DNA of 63,719 bases, filler included, from Octopus bimaculoides (taxonomy: Eukaryota): the NCBI RefSeq assembly GCF_001194135.2. It is 6 parts of 6 records of this genome, joined end to end, with 100 filler letters (N's around TTAATTAATTAA, not from the genome) between each part and the next. Parts side by side here need not be neighbours in the genome. Positions count along the whole stretch, not along the records: positions 46,620 to 58,955 come from NC_069009.1; positions 59,056 to 63,719 come from NC_068997.1; 4 more parts are not named here. The stretch is one strand, 5' to 3'. How positions within the stretch are numbered: the stretch's first letter is position 1; each line of letters begins with the position of its first letter. Of this stretch, positions 57,502 to 63,719 are shown piece after piece. The position numbers and the translations under genes are program-made. The notes under the pieces were generated by a model. It ran no database searches. It was given only the letters and a program-made list of their open reading frames with translations, and was not told where the DNA came from.

Positions 57502-58675
57502 TATAACGAAAGGAAGACCCTGGTAAAATATGATACCAGAAATAAGTACATTGAGGGCGCCTTAAAAGAACACCCCACCACAGAGGTGTTTCAACAGCGC
57601 AAGGACTTGACAGAGAGGTGTGCTTGGATAGGAGAAGGTCTTTACAAGCAACTGAAGGACAGGCATCCAAAGACCATCAGAAGTATCCCGGACATTCCAG
57701 ATTATCTGAAGAAGGAGGAGGAGGAAAGGGCTGCCTCACGTGTAGTGAGGTCAGCCCCAACATCACCAGTTAAAGGAAAAGATAATGAGTAAATAGAACC
57801 CTTGCTTTTCCTTGTTTTTAATGACTACACTTAACCTTGGGTGTTTGAATGTGCATGGTTTGAGCTCGAAATGGAAGCAAGCTTGTTTCCTCGACAACCT
57901 CAGATCATACGATATGCATGTGATGGTTGCTGCAGAGACAAGCCTTCTTGCCCCTCCTGAATGGCTATGAGAAAATCATGTCTCCTAGCCAGACCGGAGG
58001 GCAAGGGGCTGTAGTAGTACTGGTCCAAAAAGGCTTGGCTCTGCAGACAAGTACAGTCTATCTAGACCTAGAAGGTGGGCTGGTCGTCCTTCAGGCTGAT
58101 TGGGATCTATGCACCTTGTGCTAGAGGATTTCAAACTGATTTTTATCGGCGCCTAGAGAACTTTCCCATGACGTCGAAGACATTAGTGGTGTTAGGAGAC
58201 TATAACGCTATCGTTGACGCATGCATCGATAGCGTTGGCTCGATCGATGGGAAAGTGAACTCACGTCTCGTAGATCTGCTTAAGCGTTTTCAGTTGGCAG
58301 ATCGTTATAGACTTGACCATCCGAACGTCCCAGAATGGACCTGGATGAGTGGCAACAGAAGGTTCAAGTCTTACTTACATAGGATAATGATAAAGACTAG
58401 AGATAAGTCTAGTTTTAGCTGTCCACAGCTTGTCCAAGTAGCTTACACTGACCGATGTAGATAATACAGTTAAGAGAGGATCCGGCTACTGGAAGCTGAA
58501 CAAGTCTATTTTGACTTGTGAGGCATACCGTAGCCGGATTAAAGAATTAGTACAGATGGCATTAACCGGCGGTGTGGTTAATAACTGATGGTGGTTTGCC
58601 CTCAAGAGAGACATTCGTTTTGAGCCTATTAGGTTTCAGAATAGAAGGGCAACTAGTTAAGGCGTTGATGTTGAG
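57502..58675 (+). mobile_element. L1/Tx1-clade LINE fragment (ORF1 C-terminus plus ORF2 APE endonuclease), degenerate
   Basis: GCLNVHGL, IGIYAP, VVLGDYNA, DRYRLDHP...WTW, GSGYWKLNKSIL. Probable ORF1 stop at 57792. Confidence 0.75.
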
Positions 58676-58679
58676 CTCT

Positions 58680-58722
58680 GAGAGTGGATTTGGTAGACAG
58701 AAACTGAAAGAAGCCCGTCGTG

Positions 58723-58765
<43 letters not shown>

Positions 58766-58955
58766 CTGTGTGTCTGTGTTTGTCCCCCCAACATTGCTTG
58801 ACAACCGATGCTGGTGTGTTTACGTCCCCGTCACTTAGTAGTTTGGCAAGAAAGACCGATAGAATAAGTACTAGGCTTACAAAGAATAAGTCCTGAGTTC
58901 AATTTGCTCAACTAAAGGCAGTGCTCCAGCATGGCTGCAGTCAAATGACTGTAAC
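58680..58955 (+). mobile_element. 5'-truncated SINE family A
   Basis: GAGTGGATTTGGTAGACAGAAACTGAAAGAAGCCCGTCG, (TG)n, then the 3' half to CAGTCAAATGACTG. Confidence 0.85.
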
Positions 58956-59055
58956 NNNNNNNNNNNNNNNNNNNNNNNNNNNNNNNNNNNNNNNNNNNNT
59001 TAATTAATTAANNNNNNNNNNNNNNNNNNNNNNNNNNNNNNNNNNNNNNNNNNNN

Positions 59056-59087
59056 GAAAGCACGTTATAAAAATAAAACTACTGAAC
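59056..59087 (+). mobile_element. 3' terminus of a second copy of the R4/Dong element at 52495, followed by (AAT)n
   Basis: 31/32 nt identical to the reverse complement of 52495-52526; about 165 bp of (AAT)n-like sequence follows. Confidence 0.75.
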
Positions 59088-59122
<35 letters not shown>

Positions 59123-59160
59123 CAACAACACCAACAACAACAACAATAATAATAATAATG

Positions 59161-59227
<67 letters not shown>

Positions 59228-59749
59228 TAATAATAATAATAATAATAATAAAAACGATGATGATGAGGAGGAGGAGGATGATGTCGATGATGATGATGAT
59301 TTCTTTTTGAATCACACAGGGTTTACATTAAGAAAAGCATTAAGGATGGTAGGGAACAAAGCATTGAATATGCGTGTATGTAATTGCGAGGGTTTGCGTA
59401 TAAACAGGTGTAACAAAAAAAGGTAATAACATTTTAATAATAAGAGGAATCTTCGAGGGCCGCTCATGAGAAAACCCCATAAAAGAACGACTGCCCTGAT
59501 TTCTAGGGCAGTTGCCTTTTCTCGGTTCCTTATTTCCGATTTACAGGCGTATGCTCTGGGCTGGTCCATTCACTAGCACCGTGATCTCTCACCCACCTTT
59601 CAACAACATGGCTGGAAGGCATCACTTCTCACTCCTATATATCCCCTTCAAGTAAAACTTAAAGAAGTTGATGAGGTATTGGCCAAAGAGGAAAGTATTT
59701 GTCTTCAGCCCCTTCAATCTCGCCCACCATACATCTTTCGCCATGACCA

Positions 59750-62700
59750 CCAGGCAAATAGAAAATGCCTTCATTGCCCTCATTCGTGCAATCTCATTTT
59801 TTTAGAGGCTTGTACATCTTAATCTTTTCTAGTTCTTTATGATCCACTCGTACACCTCCAGATATGACAATACCTATGATCTTGATTTCCTTCATCAATT
59901 ATCAACTACAACACGCCTGGTCTCCGAGCATCAGTCACTGAATTATGCTGGATTGTGAAGTCAAACAAGATCTAATACTTATTATCCACGCCTAGTTTTT
60001 GCTCGTATCATTTCAATGTACTTCTTACACAATTTCCAATGAACCTATCTAGTTACGTTATCATGCTTCCGTTTGTATTCCTTTTGAACCAATTTATTAC
60101 ATTCACTCTCAATATGTGAGACTGTTTCATTTTTTTCTAATGTTACACATTCTACAAATGGGCGATTCACTACCCTTATTTATTTGGAACTTGATGTAAT
60201 TAGTTACAAGGTTTGCACCTGAGCACTGCATATCACTGCCACAGTGCATCCGTTCAAATCGCTTTTCTTTAGCCACTTTCAAGTGTTGGTCTTGCATTTC
60301 CCTTTCATTTCTCTGGGGTGTTGCCTATACATCGCTTTTACTTTTCTGTTCGATCTTTGTTCTCTATGTTGTTTCTTAGATGCTTTGGGTGTGTCACATT
60401 TCCACTAGGTATCGTATTGCTATTTATAACAGCAAACGTTCAGTCTACTGTTTGATGTACCATCCCAGACTATTTTCCTCATTGACAACACAGATCATGT
60501 ATCCTATGAGACCTCTTCATCCTTTTTATCGAGGCGCATACAGTTTATCAAAATTGCTTGTAGAGTGCAATATCTTGTTCATTGTCATCACTATCCTAGC
60601 TCTTCTATTCGTTTCCTCAAGTTCATTCTTCGTCCATCTAACACTTACGCCACATTGCATTAAGGAGACAGCCCATGTATTCAATACCCTGATCTTGTTC
60701 TTTCCAATGAGTCTTCTCTCCATAATTAATTTTGGTTCTCCAGAGGTATTCTCGCCAAAAGCTTTCCTTTATCTCTCCTTGATTTTGTCAGACTACAAAT
60801 TACCCAAGTACTTGTATCCATCCACCTCAACATCTTTAATCCTCTTGCAGTTGGATAGTTCTAGACTGTCAGATGACAATACTTTGCCTTTTTTTATAAG
60901 CACACTACGCTTTTTAATCCCAAATTTCATCCCGATATCCTTACTGAGTATCTGCACGGTTGAAACCAGACCATTTATTTCTCGCTCCCTTGTACCGAAG
61001 ATCTTTAAGTCATCTATATACAACAGGTGATTCAGCTTTTTTTCTACTTTTCAAGGTGTACCCAGATGTCACTTTCCGTAATATCAGCGTGAGGAGAATC
61101 ACACAAATCACGAACATCAATGGTGACAGACTATCTCCCTGAAATATGCCTATCCTGATGTCAACCTTCGCCAAAACTTCTCCACATAATGTTAACTCTG
61201 TATTCCCGTTCTTCATTGATGTGATAAAATTCAAAATGCTATTAAACACCTGTACAACTCAAGACTTTCTAAAATCCATGAATGGGAGACCATGTCATAA
61301 GCTTTCTTATAATCGATCCACGCCGTATCAAGATTAGCATATCTTTTCTTACAGTCGTTCAACATCATCTTGTCTATCAAATGTTGGTCTTTTATCCCTC
61401 GGCTTTTCCTCCTTCATCCCTTCTGTTCCACTTGCAGCTTGTCAATCATTTCAAGGAAGCCATACATACAATTAGATATTATTTCTGTCATCAACTTCCA
61501 CATCAAGAGGAGGCAGGATATTTGCTGGTAATCAACCACAGCATAAACTGTACCGGGGTCCTTTTGGCAAAGAATCGTTTTCATTGTGGTCGTCCACTTC
61601 AGGATTTCTACCCCATTGTTGACCATTTCATTCATTCGCACAGCTATTCTTCTGTGTAATACTGGGAAATTTTTCAGTCAGTACCTTTGTACCGTATCTA
61701 GGCCAGGACATTTCCAATTTGGAACCTTTGTTTTCTTACTCGGTCACCATTTCAGTTGTTATCCTTACATTCTTCACTTCCTTTTCTTTTCCCAATCTTA
61801 ATTCATTCAACCATGAAGCATCATCTTTCGTATAATTTCTTCAATTATCTCATCATATGTTACTCCAAGACCTACTTTCTTCAGCGACAGGTTTCTAACT
61901 GCAATTAACCTTTCCGTTCAGCTACTGATAAACCTTTTTTCTGATCCTGTTGGAACAATCTACTGATCTTATATTGTCCAATTCTATGATCATATCTCTT
62001 AATTTTTGTCGCTTTAGCCTGCAGTCATTGTTTCAGTTCTTCAAGGACTAAATTTAACCCGTTTTTCTTGAACTTATATTTACGTTCTAGTTCCTGATGT
62101 CTATCCTTTTTCGTGATTTCACTTTGTTTCTTTCTTTCCAGGATGTTAATATGTTTTCCTAGTTCGTTCATTGATGATTGCATTACCCTTCTTTTTCACC
62201 AAGTCACTTTTGCTACATTTCCTCTTTTACGGTTTGGATCCCTCCTATGTAAATGATACAAGCTTTAATCAATCTATTCGTTCCAGTTATATTACTTGTC
62301 TTCATTTCTTTCAATACTTTATTCGCCTTCCGAGTCTACTCCACGAACAAGGTTCTATCTACTACCTTGAATCTATTTACTTCCACATCCAGACTTTTCT
62401 CAATGATACCCGTCATATATTCGATCATTCCTCTGTCCTCGTTGCTCAGTCCCTCTACATTCTCAAAACTAAAACCAGTATCATTCTCCTGAACTCCTTC
62501 ATTCAATACAACCTCAAACATTCTCTGTAGCCACTTCATCTTTACTCACTGAATTTTTCAATCGTCACGCTCTTATTAATCTTATCGAGCTCTAATGCTG
62601 TTAACCACCCGTTCTTCCTTATTATCCTTGTCTGGTCACACAGTCTTTGTTCCGTAATATCTAAGCTCTGCGTCTCAATCCAGATGTTATGCATTCTCTT

Positions 62701-62900
62701 TCGATATCCCCTTATAGGCTTCCCTTCATTATCAACGGGTCTGTTCAATAAACTAACATTCCAGGATAGCTATATTCATCGCCTTAGACTATTTTGTTCT
62801 GATAGTCGTATAGTGACGACAGGATCTGTGCTACCCTCCCACAGGGCACCTGCCAAGCAAGAGGTCCGTCACCTGAAGTTCTGTCCTCATTTACGCATTT
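59750..62900 (-). mobile_element. Near-full-length degenerate R4/Dong-clade non-LTR retrotransposon
   Basis: N-terminal GYRKRMHNIW...EQRLCDQ...KNGWL, GIFQGDSLSPL, YIDDLK, YKYLG, HDNV...HWKLCKKY, RRP-like REL start. Many stops and frameshifts. Confidence 0.85.
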
Positions 62901-63678
62901 CTTTGCATTCTTTTATCCATTACTCTCATAGAGAGGAAAGAAGTGACGGTGTTACAACCACCAGTGTTTTTATCGGGACGCTGTCTCTAGAGAGGTTTGT
63001 CTCAAAAGACTGAAAGGGACCCTCAAAAGTTTAAGTAAGCTACCCTGCGATGGACACCAACCTTGTTCTCTGAGCTCCACAACTAGAGAAATCTATTGTT
63101 CATAATTATTATTATCACTGCTGTCTTAACCGGTAATGGCTTAATCGGCAGCATAACTAATGGAGAAATGTTACTTCGTTGGCCGTTCACTTCTCAGAGT
63201 TCATCCGCACTTAGACTGGTCTTGTTTTTCATCCCGCAGGGTGACCAAATGATAATAAAACATCAGTCACCGACAGTCTGATATTTATAATTCGATTTCA
63301 GTTCAATCATGGTGGTGGCGAAGCGATGAGTAACGTGTACCTGAATAAATACAGTACACGAATTCATGTAATGAAAAGAAAGAAGAAAAAAGGAAGAACG
63401 AAGAAAAAAGGGGAAAGAGTGATGACAGAAGAGCATATGGGCTGCATTGTACGAGAGTAAACAATAAATAGGGATTGGGGGGAGGTCGGGTGGGCACATC
63501 GGCATCGAGTAATGTTGGGGGAAATGTGTTGCTGAGCCAGGGAGGGACAAAAGTTTGAAGACAGAGAGCCAAAAACTTCCTGAGCTTACGTAATTAAAGT
63601 AGAAAGTCTGGAGTTGTTGTCGGGAAACAACACCATTGCTACTAATCGACAAGTCTGAAAACAATGTGTGTGCGTGTG

Positions 63679-63719
<41 letters not shown>

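Noticed and set aside
60380-61030. 216-aa plus-strand ORF
   Set aside because: Antisense to the degenerate R4 RT region; no independent coding signal.

Overview
Repeat-dense eukaryotic (non-microbial) window with about 7.4 kb of N gaps. The SINE and LINE families and the intronless C2H2 zinc-finger gene suggest an octopus-like cephalopod (inference). It holds one credible protein-coding gene, a 12-finger C2H2 ZNF at 24626-25816 (+). It also has an 8-copy tRNA-Pro cluster (1252-6904: four intact TGG copies, one AGG copy cut by a gap, three pseudogenes). Other repeats are many tRNA-derived SINEs, RTE, R4/Dong, L1/Tx1 and Penelope-like retroelement fragments, maT (DD37D) and mariner derivatives, several MITEs and two unusual minisatellites. 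The most interesting signal is RNA-level and absent from the ORF track: about a dozen type I hammerhead ribozyme motifs in several small repeat families. Five retain a complete catalytic core, and many have palindromic minimal stem III helices typical of dimer-cleaving Penelope/retrozyme hammerheads. One family appears as circularly permuted pieces of a ~350-nt monomer with a rod-like hairpin, a candidate non-LTR retrozyme/circular RNA. All alignments and folds were done by eye and need computational and experimental confirmation. Almost all other ORFs in the track are microsatellite, N-gap or antisense artefacts.
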